From a virus: DNA of 64,000 nucleotides. The stretch is from positions 15,895 to 79,894 of IMG/VR virus record IMGVR_UViG_3300047284_000516; one strand, 5' to 3'. The notes under the pieces are model-generated. The model searched no databases and was not told the DNA's origin. It worked only from the letters and a program-made list of their open reading frames with translations. Every line of letters starts with the position of its first letter. Position 1 is the stretch's first letter. The position numbers and the translations under genes were made by a program. Shown piece after piece: positions 47,111 to 57,211 of this stretch.

Positions 47111-47607
47111 TCGATCCTAAATTAGATTCCCATTATGTTCATATGATGCTACAAAGGCTATCTACTCCCTTTAAGGATTGGCCAGCATATCAAATGGGTA
47201 TTATTGATATCAAAGGCAATATTCTAAAGGAGCGTGACGAACTGTCGGATGAGCAGCTAAAGAATTGGACATTATTGGATCTCCTTGCTTGTAATTTAAG
47301 AAGAGATCTTTATAAAGTAGCTGGAGCAAAACAAAAATTATCGTCTATGCAAATGGCCCTCAGCTATTTAAAACAAACAACAACCAAGGCAGCATCATCA
47401 GAAGTGGGATTGAAAAGACAGCAAGGACAACTCTTCAAATTCACTAAATACAACCCAGTGAAAGAAGATATTGCTAATGCAGTAGGAGGAGGTAATGTGG
47501 CAGGATTGGGTGTTGGTCCACAAGGTGAACCTCCAGTTTCAAAGGCAGCACTAATAAAAAGATCAATCCTCAATAAAAAGAAAAAGAACAATGGGGAAAC
47601 AAAATAG
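47107..47607 (+). CDS. Conserved T4-like hypothetical protein
   Basis: PF.DWPAY.MGIID.KGNILK; EDIANAVGGG tail. Confidence 0.65.
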   Translation: MIDPKLDSHYVHMMLQRLSTPFKDWPAYQMGIIDIKGNILKERDELSDEQLKNWTLLDLLACNLRRDLYKVAGAKQKLSSMQMALSYLKQTTTKAASSEVGLKRQQGQLFKFTKYNPVKEDIANAVGGGNVAGLGVGPQGEPPVSKAALIKRSILNKKKKNNGETK

Positions 47608-48028
47608 TAGTGAGTCGTGGATAAATCGTAAATGGCGTCCAGCTATGGGCTGGATGTACATGACGGTTTGCATCTTTGACTTTATCTTATTTCCAATTAT
47701 GTTTACAATAGTGCAGTTTTGGGAGTTCGAAGCTGCTAATGATGCATTTCGCCAATGGGAACCTATCACCATGACTGGTGCAGGTCTCTTTCATTTAGCG
47801 ATGGGTGCTGTGCTTGGCATTACAGCATGGTCGAGAGGTCAGGAAAAGATGACCTCGTCTTCGTTTGGACCTATGGGAATGGGTATGTCTCATAATCATT
47901 CATATAACAATGAGTATGTAAGTCAAACCCCAATTAAAAACAATAAACCCAAACATCAACCAAGACCTTCTCGCGACGATGATGATGAGGAAGCTGGGTT
48001 TGATCGCTTTGGGAACCCAATAGATTAA
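47591..48028 (+). CDS. Holin-like membrane protein
   Basis: KWRPAMGW, two TM segments, GAVLGITAW.RG.EK, charged tail. Confidence 0.6.
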   Translation: MGKQNSSESWINRKWRPAMGWMYMTVCIFDFILFPIMFTIVQFWEFEAANDAFRQWEPITMTGAGLFHLAMGAVLGITAWSRGQEKMTSSSFGPMGMGMSHNHSYNNEYVSQTPIKNNKPKHQPRPSRDDDDEEAGFDRFGNPID

Positions 48029-48040
48029 AGGAAGATACAT

Positions 48041-48280
48041 ATGGAACAATTCGACACAATAGCGAGGATAGCCGTGTTAGAAAATGAAGTTAAAAACATT
48101 GCCAAGACCGTAAACGATATTCAAACTGAACAGAAAGAAATGCACTCCTTTTTGGTAGATCGTATTTCCAAATTACATGATCGTATCAATGAGTTTGAGA
48201 GATGGAAGTGGATGATTATGGGTGGTGCCTGCGTTATAGGATTTTTAATTTCACAAGTAATTCGCTTTATCCCTAGTTGA
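48041..48280 (+). CDS. Coiled-coil protein with C-terminal TM
   Basis: RIAVLE...ERWKWMIMGG. Confidence 0.55.
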   Translation: MEQFDTIARIAVLENEVKNIAKTVNDIQTEQKEMHSFLVDRISKLHDRINEFERWKWMIMGGACVIGFLISQVIRFIPS

Positions 48281-48305
48281 CATCTTTTTTGTTATGCAGT
48301 ATAGT
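48277..48305 (+). promoter_or_regulatory. Sigma70-type promoter upstream of primase
   Basis: TTGACA-N17-TATAGT. Confidence 0.7.
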
Positions 48306-48328
48306 CCTCTTGTGAATAGGAGGATTCT

Positions 48329-49345
48329 ATGTTCGAATATGTGGACCGCAAGTACATCTCCCTGATCTCAGGGAGATTGAAGCTGTTTAAGAAACAGACA
48401 GATAACCAATATAATTTCAGATGCCCATTCTGTGGTGATTCTCAAAGAGATAAACACAAGAAGCGTGGATATCTGATTATTTCCAAGGGGACATACTTCA
48501 AGTGCCACAATTGTGGTATAGCATGCAACTTTAGTAAATTTCTAGAGCATGTAGATCCTCTAATGCTTAAAGAGTATGATTTGGAAATATTCAGAGAGAA
48601 GAATGCGGAATACAAACCAGCACCTCTTGATATCAGCAAATTTATAACAAAGCCCTTCATTAAATACACCGAATTGAAGACGCTTAAAACGATTTCTCAG
48701 CTGCCCTCAGATCATCCAGCTAAATTGTATGTCATTAAGCGTCAAATCCCCTCAAAACACCATTATAAACTGTTTTATGCACCTAAATTTAAACAGTTTG
48801 TTAATCAGATAAAGCCACGGAGTTTTGTGTCTGAAGATGGTGATGAGCCAAGGTTGGTCATTCCACTTGTGGATAAGAGACAAAATTTAATTGGGTTGCA
48901 AGGCAGAAGCTTTGCAAAAAATTCTCCCCTTCGATATATTACTATTATTTTAGATCCAGAACACCCTAAGGTATTTGGACTAGACAGTATTGATCCCACT
49001 AAAAAAATCTATGTGGTTGAGGGGCCAATTGATTCCCTTTTTCTTCCTAATGCGATTGCCATGGCAGGTGCTTTTTCAGATATTAGTCGATTGAAGCTGC
49101 CTAAAGACAATGTTATTATCGTGTTTGATAATGAAAAGAGGAATAGGGAGATTGCCAAACTAGTGGAACAATTTGTGTATCAAGACTATAATGTATGTCT
49201 TTGGCCAGACTCTATACAGCAAAAGGACATCAATGATATGGTATTGAATGGGATGTCAATAAACGATATAGTATCGATTATAGATACTAACACATTTAGA
49301 GGATTGGAAGCACAATTGAGATTTTGTACATGGAGCAAGCTATGA
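48329..49345 (+). CDS. 61: DNA primase gp61
   Basis: CPFCGDS...CHNC zinc finger, QGR, VVEGPIDSLF, DNE, KDINDM (TOPRIM). Confidence 0.95.
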   Translation: MFEYVDRKYISLISGRLKLFKKQTDNQYNFRCPFCGDSQRDKHKKRGYLIISKGTYFKCHNCGIACNFSKFLEHVDPLMLKEYDLEIFREKNAEYKPAPLDISKFITKPFIKYTELKTLKTISQLPSDHPAKLYVIKRQIPSKHHYKLFYAPKFKQFVNQIKPRSFVSEDGDEPRLVIPLVDKRQNLIGLQGRSFAKNSPLRYITIILDPEHPKVFGLDSIDPTKKIYVVEGPIDSLFLPNAIAMAGAFSDISRLKLPKDNVIIVFDNEKRNREIAKLVEQFVYQDYNVCLWPDSIQQKDINDMVLNGMSINDIVSIIDTNTFRGLEAQLRFCTWSKL

Positions 49346-50028
49346 AGGTTAATTTAATATCATATTCACAGATGGATAGGTTTCAAGATCATGAACTTCC
49401 CTTCACCCCCACAGAATTGGTTGCATATTGCGCAAGGGTATCTAATCCCTCCAATCAACTCAATCACGAGACTGCTGAAAAACTCATCCAATACCTCATC
49501 AAACATCAACACTGGTCGCCGTTGGAAATGGTCTCGGTCTGCATTGAAATTGAGACAACAAGAGATATTGCCAGACAAATCCTACGCCATCGCTCATTCT
49601 CATTTCAGGAATTCTCACAAAGGTATGCCGACCCAACTAAAGAGCTTAATTTTGTACTTCGAGATGCAAGACTCCAAGATACCAAGAATCGACAAAACAG
49701 CATAGAGTTGAACATCGATAATGATCAGCATCGCCAGCTAATGTATCAGTGGGAAATATTGCAAAGAGATATTATTGATAAGGTAAAAAATGCATATGAA
49801 TGGGCAATTAGTAAGGGAATTGCAAAAGAGCAAGCTCGTGCGGTTTTACCTGAGGGACTCACGGTTTCACGCATGTATATGAACGGCACATTGAGATCTT
49901 GGATACACTATATAAGCCTACGGTCAGCAAATGGAACTCAGCTCGAACATCGGGAGATTGCCATAGCCTGTGCCAAAGTGATTGCAAGTATTTTCCCTTT
50001 AGCAACAACACTCGTTTCAGAGGAATAA
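49342..50028 (+). CDS. thyX: Flavin-dependent thymidylate synthase
   Basis: RQILRHRSFSFQEFSQRY, EQARAVLP, LRSWIHY, TQLEH. Confidence 0.96.
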   Translation: MKVNLISYSQMDRFQDHELPFTPTELVAYCARVSNPSNQLNHETAEKLIQYLIKHQHWSPLEMVSVCIEIETTRDIARQILRHRSFSFQEFSQRYADPTKELNFVLRDARLQDTKNRQNSIELNIDNDQHRQLMYQWEILQRDIIDKVKNAYEWAISKGIAKEQARAVLPEGLTVSRMYMNGTLRSWIHYISLRSANGTQLEHREIAIACAKVIASIFPLATTLVSEE

Positions 50029-50385
50029 ATGGTCTTTTCTATCTACATCACAGCTGCATCAGTAGCAATTGCCTTTATGGCAGGATCCTATTTTGGATAT
50101 GATTATGCTGATAGTAAGTGTGAGGCAGATAAACGACAAGCTCTACAATCAGCAGTCGAGCAGAGAGATCAACAGCAAGACAAATACAACCGAATGGCTG
50201 GTTGGTATGAGAAAAGACTTGCCAATGTTCGCAAACAAGAACGAGTGGTAACCAAAGTAGTGGAGAAAGAAATTGAAAAACCTGTCTATTCTCAGTGCAT
50301 TATTCCTGATAGCGGGGTGCAGCTCCTTAACGACTCCGCCTCCTCCTTTAACTCCTCCAGAAGTTCCTCAAAGCCTGACGGCTAA
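50029..50385 (+). CDS. Inner-membrane spanin (Rz-like)
   Basis: N-terminal TM, coiled coil, Cys; overlapped by a lipoprotein ORF. Confidence 0.7.
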   Translation: MVFSIYITAASVAIAFMAGSYFGYDYADSKCEADKRQALQSAVEQRDQQQDKYNRMAGWYEKRLANVRKQERVVTKVVEKEIEKPVYSQCIIPDSGVQLLNDSASSFNSSRSSSKPDG

Positions 50386-50521
50386 ATGTAGTGATATACC
50401 TCTTTTAGAAGAAAAACCAACATTACTGAAAGATTTATTGAAGTACACTGTTGAGTTACAAACGATTTACAAGGAATGTGCTACAAGGCACGATACACTA
50501 TCTGAAACTGTACGAAAATAA
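50273..50521 (+). CDS. Outer-membrane spanin lipoprotein (Rz1-like)
   Basis: LIAGC lipobox, Pro-rich linker, L...C and ECA.RH; +1 frame overlap with Rz. Confidence 0.72.
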   Translation: MKNLSILSALFLIAGCSSLTTPPPPLTPPEVPQSLTAKCSDIPLLEEKPTLLKDLLKYTVELQTIYKECATRHDTLSETVRK

Positions 50522-50536
50522 TAACAAGAGGTTTTT

Positions 50537-52336
50537 ATGACTGAAGTAATACATGGCATTACTATTGATCGTTCACGTGATCAAATGTTTGATGGTTTAG
50601 GAATTAAGCGACTGCAAGAAAGTTATATGATGGAAGGAGAAACCTCACCTCAAGAAAGGTTTGCTTTTGTTTCCAAAGCTTTCTCATCTAATCCAGAGCA
50701 TGCGCAGCGACTATATGATTATAGTAGCAGACATTGGCTCAGCTATTCAACTCCTGTGCTTTCTTTTGGTAGGAGTCGTCGTGGTCTCCCTATATCTTGT
50801 TTTTTACCTTTTCTTGAAGATACTGCAGAAGGGCTGGTCTCTACCCTCTCTGAAGTAAATTGGTTATCGATGCTAGGAGGAGGTGTTGGAATTGGTCTTG
50901 GAATTCGTTCGGCAGATGACAAATCGGTGGGTATTATGCCCCACCTACGCACGTACGATGCGTCTTCACTTGCTTATCGTCAAGGTCGCACTCGTCGCGG
51001 CAGTTACGCTGCTTACCTTGACATTAGCCACCCAGATATTCTTATATTTCTCGAGATGCGGAAGCCTACAGGCGATCCTAACATGCGAGCTCTCAATCTA
51101 CACCATGGAATAAACATTACAGATGATTTCATGCGCATCATTGAAAAATGTATGCTGGATAAAGAAGCGGATGATAGTTGGGAGCTAAAAGATCCACATG
51201 ATGGTACAGTTCGTGAGGTAGTTTCGGCAAGGGAGTTGTGGCAACGAATCATTGAAACAAGGATGATTACCGGTGAACCATATATTCACTTCATTGACAC
51301 TAGTAATAAATCTATGCCACAGTTCCAAAAAGATCTCGGCCTGAAGATACGTCAATCCAATCTCTGCTCTGAGATTATCCTTCCCACAAATGGGGAACGT
51401 ACTGCTGTATGCTGTCTTTCTTCTGTCAACTTGGAGTACTATGATGATTGGAAAAATCAACCACTTTTTCTTCGGGACGTGGCTGAAATGCTTGATAATG
51501 TTCTACAGTACTTCATTGACAATGCTCCTGATAGCATATCGCGAGCAAAATTTAGTGCTAGCCGTGAACGGTCTATTGGTATTGGTGCTCTCGGCTGGCA
51601 TGCATATTTACAAAAAATGAATCTACCTTGGGAGTCTGCGCTTGCCACCAGTGCAAACCACAGAATATTCAAGCACATTAGAAAGGGATTGGACGAGGCA
51701 AATTTGCAACTTGGCCAAGAAAGAGGAGAAGCCCCTGATGCAATAGGTACAGGTAGGCGCTTTTCTCATATGATTGCAATCGCACCCAATGCATCCAGTA
51801 GCATTATTATGGGTAATACCAGTCCTAGCATTGAGCCATTTCGTGCAAACGCTTACCGACAAGATACCTTATCTGGATCATCGTTGAATAAAAACAAGTA
51901 CTTGGATAAAATAATCAATGATGTATGTGCTCAAGATAGCAAATTGGATTATAATGATATCTGGTCTAGCATTATTGCTAATGATGGATCGGTACAACAT
52001 TTGGAGTTCTTAGATGATAACACAAAATTTGTTTTCAAAACTGCAATGGAAATCGACCAGAGATGGGTTATACAGCATGCCGCTGATCGGCAGCAGTATA
52101 TTGATCAGGCCCAATCACTTAACTTATTTTTTAGACCAGATGCAAACATCAAATACCTCCATGCTGTACACTTCCAGGCTTGGAAGCAAGGTCTGAAGAC
52201 TTTATATTATTGCCGATCAGAAAAGATTGGTAAAGCAGATAAGGTAGCAAAGAAGATTGAGCGGGAAGTAATCAAAGAAATTGATATCAAAACGCTTGCA
52301 AGTTCTGATGATATTTGTTTAGCATGTGAGGGGTAA
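50537..52336 (+). CDS. nrdA: Ribonucleotide reductase class I alpha subunit (short form)
   Basis: LPISCF, QSNLCSEI, AIAPNASSS, DQAQS.N, KTLYY, CLACEG. Confidence 0.95.
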   Translation: MTEVIHGITIDRSRDQMFDGLGIKRLQESYMMEGETSPQERFAFVSKAFSSNPEHAQRLYDYSSRHWLSYSTPVLSFGRSRRGLPISCFLPFLEDTAEGLVSTLSEVNWLSMLGGGVGIGLGIRSADDKSVGIMPHLRTYDASSLAYRQGRTRRGSYAAYLDISHPDILIFLEMRKPTGDPNMRALNLHHGINITDDFMRIIEKCMLDKEADDSWELKDPHDGTVREVVSARELWQRIIETRMITGEPYIHFIDTSNKSMPQFQKDLGLKIRQSNLCSEIILPTNGERTAVCCLSSVNLEYYDDWKNQPLFLRDVAEMLDNVLQYFIDNAPDSISRAKFSASRERSIGIGALGWHAYLQKMNLPWESALATSANHRIFKHIRKGLDEANLQLGQERGEAPDAIGTGRRFSHMIAIAPNASSSIIMGNTSPSIEPFRANAYRQDTLSGSSLNKNKYLDKIINDVCAQDSKLDYNDIWSSIIANDGSVQHLEFLDDNTKFVFKTAMEIDQRWVIQHAADRQQYIDQAQSLNLFFRPDANIKYLHAVHFQAWKQGLKTLYYCRSEKIGKADKVAKKIEREVIKEIDIKTLASSDDICLACEG

Positions 52337-52337
52337 A

Positions 52338-52814
52338 ATGACTATGACTATTGGTATCAATACAAAAACCAGATTAGCATGTATTACGCTAATTTATGCT
52401 TTAGCAGTGTGGTTTCCAATATTTGCATTGGCACAAAGTTCACAAAAATCTATCAACTACAACAATACACGAGTGCTCAGAGCTGTGGATGGGGATACGT
52501 TTGAACTCCGAGCATTATGGCTTCCTAGAGAGCTTGGTAATCGTTTGTATTTGAGAATTGAGGGGATTGATACCCCAGAACGCAAAGCCAAATGTGAAAA
52601 GGAGCGCATTGCAGCTAACAATGCAACCTATAGAGCAACGCAGCTACTACAGCAAGCAAAGCATGCGATGCCTCATGTTACGGGGTGGGACAAGTATGGA
52701 GGTAGAGTGGTGGGTGAACTATTGATTGATGGTATTCCTTTCAGTCAAATTATGATTAAAGAAGGCTATGCAAGACCATATAATGGTGGAGCTAAAAAAT
52801 CCTGGTGTAACTAA
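52338..52814 (+). CDS. Thermonuclease (SNase-like) with N-terminal signal/TM
   Basis: VDGDT, RIEGIDTPE, DKYGGRV, GYARPY.GG. Confidence 0.85.
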   Translation: MTMTIGINTKTRLACITLIYALAVWFPIFALAQSSQKSINYNNTRVLRAVDGDTFELRALWLPRELGNRLYLRIEGIDTPERKAKCEKERIAANNATYRATQLLQQAKHAMPHVTGWDKYGGRVVGELLIDGIPFSQIMIKEGYARPYNGGAKKSWCN

Positions 52815-53800
52815 TGAAGACTATTTTTGTTACTATATCCTCGTATAGGGATCCCTTTCTAGAAACTACAGTTAATGAGCTGTTTAGTAAGGCTAAGCAT
52901 AAAGAACGTTTAGTTGTGGGGATCGTTGATCAAAGCTATTCAAATGAAACATTTGAACTAAATAAGTTTCCCGATCACAAACACCAAATAAGATACTTTC
53001 GCATAGATCCAGAGCATGCAAGAGGAGCATGTTGGGCTAGGTCAGTTGGAATGTCCATGTACAATGGAGAAGATTATTTCTTTCAGATTGATGCTCACAC
53101 TATATTTAAGCAGGATTGGGATGAGTACTTTATCAATCAGATAGAAGAACTGGAAACATGGCATGAGAAGCCATTGATTACAACATATCCATGTGCATTT
53201 CAAGTCAATAATAAAGATATCAAGGATCTTACTTTTCATGATATTGAGGGAGTGATTGCTCTGGCAGCAGATGAGAAGCTCGCCTTTAATAGTGAAGGGG
53301 ATGATTATGTTGGATGTAGTATACACACACTTGGTATGGAGACACCAGTTCATGGATTCATGATAAGTGCCAACTGCTTGTTTGCTCCTGGAAGATTTGT
53401 TAATGAAGTTCCATATGATCCAGTCCTATTCTTCTCTGGGGAAGAGCACTCATTAGCATTGAGAGCATGGACTAGTGGCTGGAATATATTCTATACACCT
53501 AATGTGCCAATGTATCATTGCTATGAGAGGGAGTATAGGATTACTGTTTGGACGGACAATACAACGGAAGATCGTAAGCAGATTAAGTGGTGGGAAAGAG
53601 ATGTGATCTCCAAACAACGCCTAACCAAGGTAATCAGAGGAGAAGATCTGGGAATTTATGGAATAGGTAAACAACGATCGCTAGCTGATTATATCAAATG
53701 GACGGGAATTGATTACCTCAATAGATACTTGGAAGACAAAGCAAAGAATGGGATGCATATCTTTCAAATGGATTATAGAAAACCTGTTATTGTACGATAG
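52814..53800 (+). CDS. GlcNAc transferase-like protein (GT60, Skp1-Gnt1-like)
   Basis: IFVTISSYRD, GACWARS, QIDAHT.F...WD, F.GEE.SLALRAWT.GW. Confidence 0.75.
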   Translation: MKTIFVTISSYRDPFLETTVNELFSKAKHKERLVVGIVDQSYSNETFELNKFPDHKHQIRYFRIDPEHARGACWARSVGMSMYNGEDYFFQIDAHTIFKQDWDEYFINQIEELETWHEKPLITTYPCAFQVNNKDIKDLTFHDIEGVIALAADEKLAFNSEGDDYVGCSIHTLGMETPVHGFMISANCLFAPGRFVNEVPYDPVLFFSGEEHSLALRAWTSGWNIFYTPNVPMYHCYEREYRITVWTDNTTEDRKQIKWWERDVISKQRLTKVIRGEDLGIYGIGKQRSLADYIKWTGIDYLNRYLEDKAKNGMHIFQMDYRKPVIVR

Positions 53801-54302
53801 TGATAGAAACACCATTTGCAGTCCCCATAGGGATCTATGATGATTTGGCTATCGATCGCCAGCAATTGGTTGACGCAAGCTATAAGATGTTGGAAGAGAA
53901 GGGAAGTTCACATGAATGGTATTGTAATGTGGATTCAACCTTTGGAACGTTTAGACACATTCATACAATAGAACCATTTCAAAAAGCATCAAGAGTTATT
54001 ATTGATAAAGCTACAAGTTTTGTGAGGGAAGTAGGTAAAAGCGTAGATGTAGGGATCAATTCTAGCTGGATCAATATAGCAAAATCCTTACATTACCAGG
54101 AGAGACACAATCATATCTCTCCTAACGTATCATTTGTGGGGGTGTATTATATACTGGTAAGTATCTGAGACCAGATATACGTATTCCATGTAGTCAGGGA
54201 AGACTAATCATCTTCCCCTCATGTCTTGATCATGAGTTTAAATCAATTGAAAGAGCAGTAGATAAGATCAGTTGGGCAATAAACTTCATTGTTAGGACAT
54301 AA
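53800..54302 (+). pseudogene. Frameshifted/internally deleted 2OG-Fe(II) oxygenase (HxH type)
   Basis: First frame has SWIN, HNH, GVYYI then stops at 54168; another frame continues GRLIIFPSCLDHEF...KISWAINF to TAA 54302. Confidence 0.75.
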
Positions 54303-54303
54303 T

Positions 54304-55077
54304 ATGCATTATAGAAGTATTTTTATCTCCGATGTTCATCTTGGGACATTTGATTGTAAGGCAGAGCTGCTATTGGATTTTCTCAAAAAGAATACAAGTG
54401 ACCATCTATATCTTGTGGGAGATATAATAGATGGTTGGAGAATCCAGCAAAACAAATGGAAATGGCATAAGTCTCACACTGAAGTTGTACGAAAAATATT
54501 GAAAATTAGTAAGAGGTCAAGAGTGACCTACGTGGCTGGTAATCATGATGAATTTCTGAGATCATTGATACCCTATGACCTTAGTTTTGGAAATATTGTT
54601 ATAGAAAACCAATGCGTTCATGAAGGACTGGATGGTAAACGCTATCTAGTGACACATGGAGATTTATTTGATGGGATAACTAAACTAGCTCCCTGGCTGT
54701 CATTTTTAGGAGATAAAGCATATGACATTGTTCTTAATATTAATACTCAGTTTAACATTATTCGGCACCGTATGGGACTCGGTTACTGGAGCCTTAGCAG
54801 TTATCTCAAGAATAGAGTCAAGAAAGCAGTTGATTTCATTTTCAAATATGAAAAGAACCTTGCCGACTACTGCAAACGAAAAGGCTATGATGGAGTCATC
54901 TGTGGTCACATCCACACGCCAGAAATCAAAAAGATTGAAGAAGTCATCTACATGAACGATGGAGATTGGGTAGAGTCATGCTCTGCCCTTGTAGAACATA
55001 TGGATGGAAGTTGGCAAATAATTAGATGGAGTCAGAATGACGGTAATATACGCACTGGTAGTAGTGATACTCAATAA
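54304..55077 (+). CDS. Metallophosphoesterase, UDP-2,3-diacylglucosamine hydrolase-like
   Basis: ISDVHLG, VGDIIDGW, GNHDE, HGDLFD, CGHIH, NDGDWVES. Confidence 0.85.
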   Translation: MHYRSIFISDVHLGTFDCKAELLLDFLKKNTSDHLYLVGDIIDGWRIQQNKWKWHKSHTEVVRKILKISKRSRVTYVAGNHDEFLRSLIPYDLSFGNIVIENQCVHEGLDGKRYLVTHGDLFDGITKLAPWLSFLGDKAYDIVLNINTQFNIIRHRMGLGYWSLSSYLKNRVKKAVDFIFKYEKNLADYCKRKGYDGVICGHIHTPEIKKIEEVIYMNDGDWVESCSALVEHMDGSWQIIRWSQNDGNIRTGSSDTQ

Positions 55078-55234
55078 CATTACGCTAATTGATGTTTTAC
55101 CTACTAAATCATTATGTGAATATTATGCTCAGAAGAAACCAGGTAGCATTTGTGTACCAGTGACAGTGGAAAACCCTGAAGAAGTGCAGAAACAACTACA
55201 AGCAATCAATACATTAGTACCATTAACAAAATAG
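55037..55234 (+). CDS. Small hypothetical protein
   Basis: Hydrophobic N-terminus, two Cys. Confidence 0.5.
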   Translation: MTVIYALVVVILNNITLIDVLPTKSLCEYYAQKKPGSICVPVTVENPEEVQKQLQAINTLVPLTK

Positions 55235-55242
55235 GGGAACAT

Positions 55243-56217
55243 ATGTCAAAAAGCAATTTATTAGAAACAAGAGATTCATTTAAACCGTTTAATTATCCAT
55301 TTGCATATGATGCATGGTTAAAGCATGAACAATCACATTGGCTTCATACCGAAGTTCCAATGTTGGAAGATGTAAAGGATTGGAAAAAGAAACTTACCGA
55401 GCAAGAGAAGCATTTTCTTACTAATATTTTTAGATTTTTTACACAAGGGGACATTGATGTGGCAGGAGGATATGTTAAAAACTATCTTCCATACTTCCCT
55501 CAACCAGAAGTCAGGATGATGTTGGCAGGCTTTGCAGCAAGAGAGGCGTTACACGTTGCAGCCTATTCACACCTCATTGAGACATTAGGTATGCCGGAAA
55601 AAACATATTCTGAATTCCTAGAGTATCAGGAAATGAGAGAGAAGCACGATTATATTACTGAGTTATCCTCTAAGAATGGTACTAAGGAATCTACAGCAAC
55701 ACACATTGCAGTATTTTCAGCCTTTACAGAAGGTATGCAACTATTCTCTTCATTCATTATGCTTCTCAACTTCCCCCGTCATGGTAAGATGAAAGGTATG
55801 GGTCAGATTGTCACCTGGAGTATCGTTGATGAAACTCAACATGCAGAAGCAATGATTAAGTTGTTTAGAACCTATATTGAAGAGAATAAAGAGATCTGGA
55901 ATGATAGTCTTAAAGCTAAGATCTACACCATCGCAGAACGTATGGTTGAACTGGAGGATAAATTCATTGATCTTTCGTTTGGCACTGGGGGTATCGAAGG
56001 CCTAACATCGGAAGAAGTCAAAGAATATATTAGATACATAGCTGACAGGAGGTTGATCAGCTTAGGGTTGAAGGGCATCTTCAAGCGTAAGAAGAATCCA
56101 CTTCCATGGGTAGAAGAGATGATTAACAGCCCAGTTCATACCAACTTCTTTGAGAATAGAGCAACAGATTATGCAAAGGGAGCACTATCGGGAAAGTGGG
56201 ATGACGTCTGGGCATAA
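55243..56217 (+). CDS. nrdB: Ribonucleotide reductase class I beta subunit
   Basis: FFTQGDIDV, REALH..AY, EGMQLFSSF, DETQH, NFFENRATDY. Confidence 0.96.
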   Translation: MSKSNLLETRDSFKPFNYPFAYDAWLKHEQSHWLHTEVPMLEDVKDWKKKLTEQEKHFLTNIFRFFTQGDIDVAGGYVKNYLPYFPQPEVRMMLAGFAAREALHVAAYSHLIETLGMPEKTYSEFLEYQEMREKHDYITELSSKNGTKESTATHIAVFSAFTEGMQLFSSFIMLLNFPRHGKMKGMGQIVTWSIVDETQHAEAMIKLFRTYIEENKEIWNDSLKAKIYTIAERMVELEDKFIDLSFGTGGIEGLTSEEVKEYIRYIADRRLISLGLKGIFKRKKNPLPWVEEMINSPVHTNFFENRATDYAKGALSGKWDDVWA

Positions 56218-56230
56218 GAAAGGATAAGGA

Positions 56231-56407
56231 ATGTCAATTCTTAACCAAGATGAGCCTATCAGCTGTTTTAATTGTGAAGCTGAGTTCACCATTGATACAC
56301 CAGACAATGAGCCTCCTTCGTTCTGTCCATTTTGTGGATCAGAGTTGTTTGAGATAGAAGAGGATGATGATCTCGATGATGATTTGAATATCTTTGATGA
56401 GCAATGA
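56231..56407 (+). CDS. Small zinc-ribbon protein with acidic tail (not in ORF track)
   Basis: CFNC...FCPFCGS; SD AAGGA. Confidence 0.65.
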   Translation: MSILNQDEPISCFNCEAEFTIDTPDNEPPSFCPFCGSELFEIEEDDDLDDDLNIFDEQ

Positions 56408-56861
56408 TTGGATATACAAAGGGGCCCCTTTGTTGGAGCCCCCTTCTGATTGTTATGGATTTGTATACAAGATAACAAACACAACCAATGGCAAACAATA
56501 CATTGGTAAAAAGTTTTTTTTTGCAAGTAAGTCTCGTCAGATAAAAGGTAAAAAGAAGCGTTATCTGGCTGAGTCAGACTGGAAAAGCTACTTTGGATCT
56601 TCCAAATTGCTCTTATCAGACATCGAACTTGTTGGTAGCGATAAATTTGTACGGGAGATACTACATCTCTGTCAGTCCAAAGGTGAGTGTTCCTATTTTG
56701 AGGCCAAGTATCAATTTGACCACCAGGTTCTCTCCAATCCCGATCTGTGGTACAATGATTGGATCATTTGTAGAGTTCATAGGAAACATTTAAATGCGAA
56801 AAAGCAAAAAACAACAGCAACAGCTACCAATTCCCCCCAATCCAACGGAATGTTGGAGTAA
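56397..56861 (+). CDS. GIY-YIG nuclease, T4 endonuclease II-like
   Basis: YGFVYKITN..NGKQYIGKK, ESDWKSYFGSS, F.REIL, YN.WI; follows nrdB. Confidence 0.8.
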   Translation: MSNDWIYKGAPLLEPPSDCYGFVYKITNTTNGKQYIGKKFFFASKSRQIKGKKKRYLAESDWKSYFGSSKLLLSDIELVGSDKFVREILHLCQSKGECSYFEAKYQFDHQVLSNPDLWYNDWIICRVHRKHLNAKKQKTTATATNSPQSNGMLE

Positions 56862-57036
56862 GGATAAGAGAGTATTATACTTCTATGATCGAGTTAACGC
56901 AGTGGAACTCTTTCAAAAGGATGAGAACGGTCAAGTACAGCATCTCACTCTCAAACCCACGGACTTTGTAAACTTTACTTGCAGACTTGCATCAGCAGGA
57001 TTTATTTTAGGATTGGTAAATGAAAAGACAACCTGA
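56794..57036 (+). CDS. Hypothetical protein
   Basis: ORF in operon. Confidence 0.45.
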   Translation: MRKSKKQQQQLPIPPNPTECWSKDKRVLYFYDRVNAVELFQKDENGQVQHLTLKPTDFVNFTCRLASAGFILGLVNEKTT

Positions 57037-57211
57037 ACGATATAAAACAAAAACCAATGCCATTCTTAAAAATGTAGTTAATAATGAGAGAATGACATGT
57101 GATATTATCAATGAGGAAGTCATTGATGGCAAATTGTTCTATGTGGTCAAGATGAACAACAGATTGCAGAAATTGGCCAAAGATGGATTTTCCATTGTCA
57201 AATACAGTTGA
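57020..57211 (+). CDS. Hypothetical protein
   Basis: ORF in operon. Confidence 0.5.
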   Translation: MKRQPERYKTKTNAILKNVVNNERMTCDIINEEVIDGKLFYVVKMNNRLQKLAKDGFSIVKYS

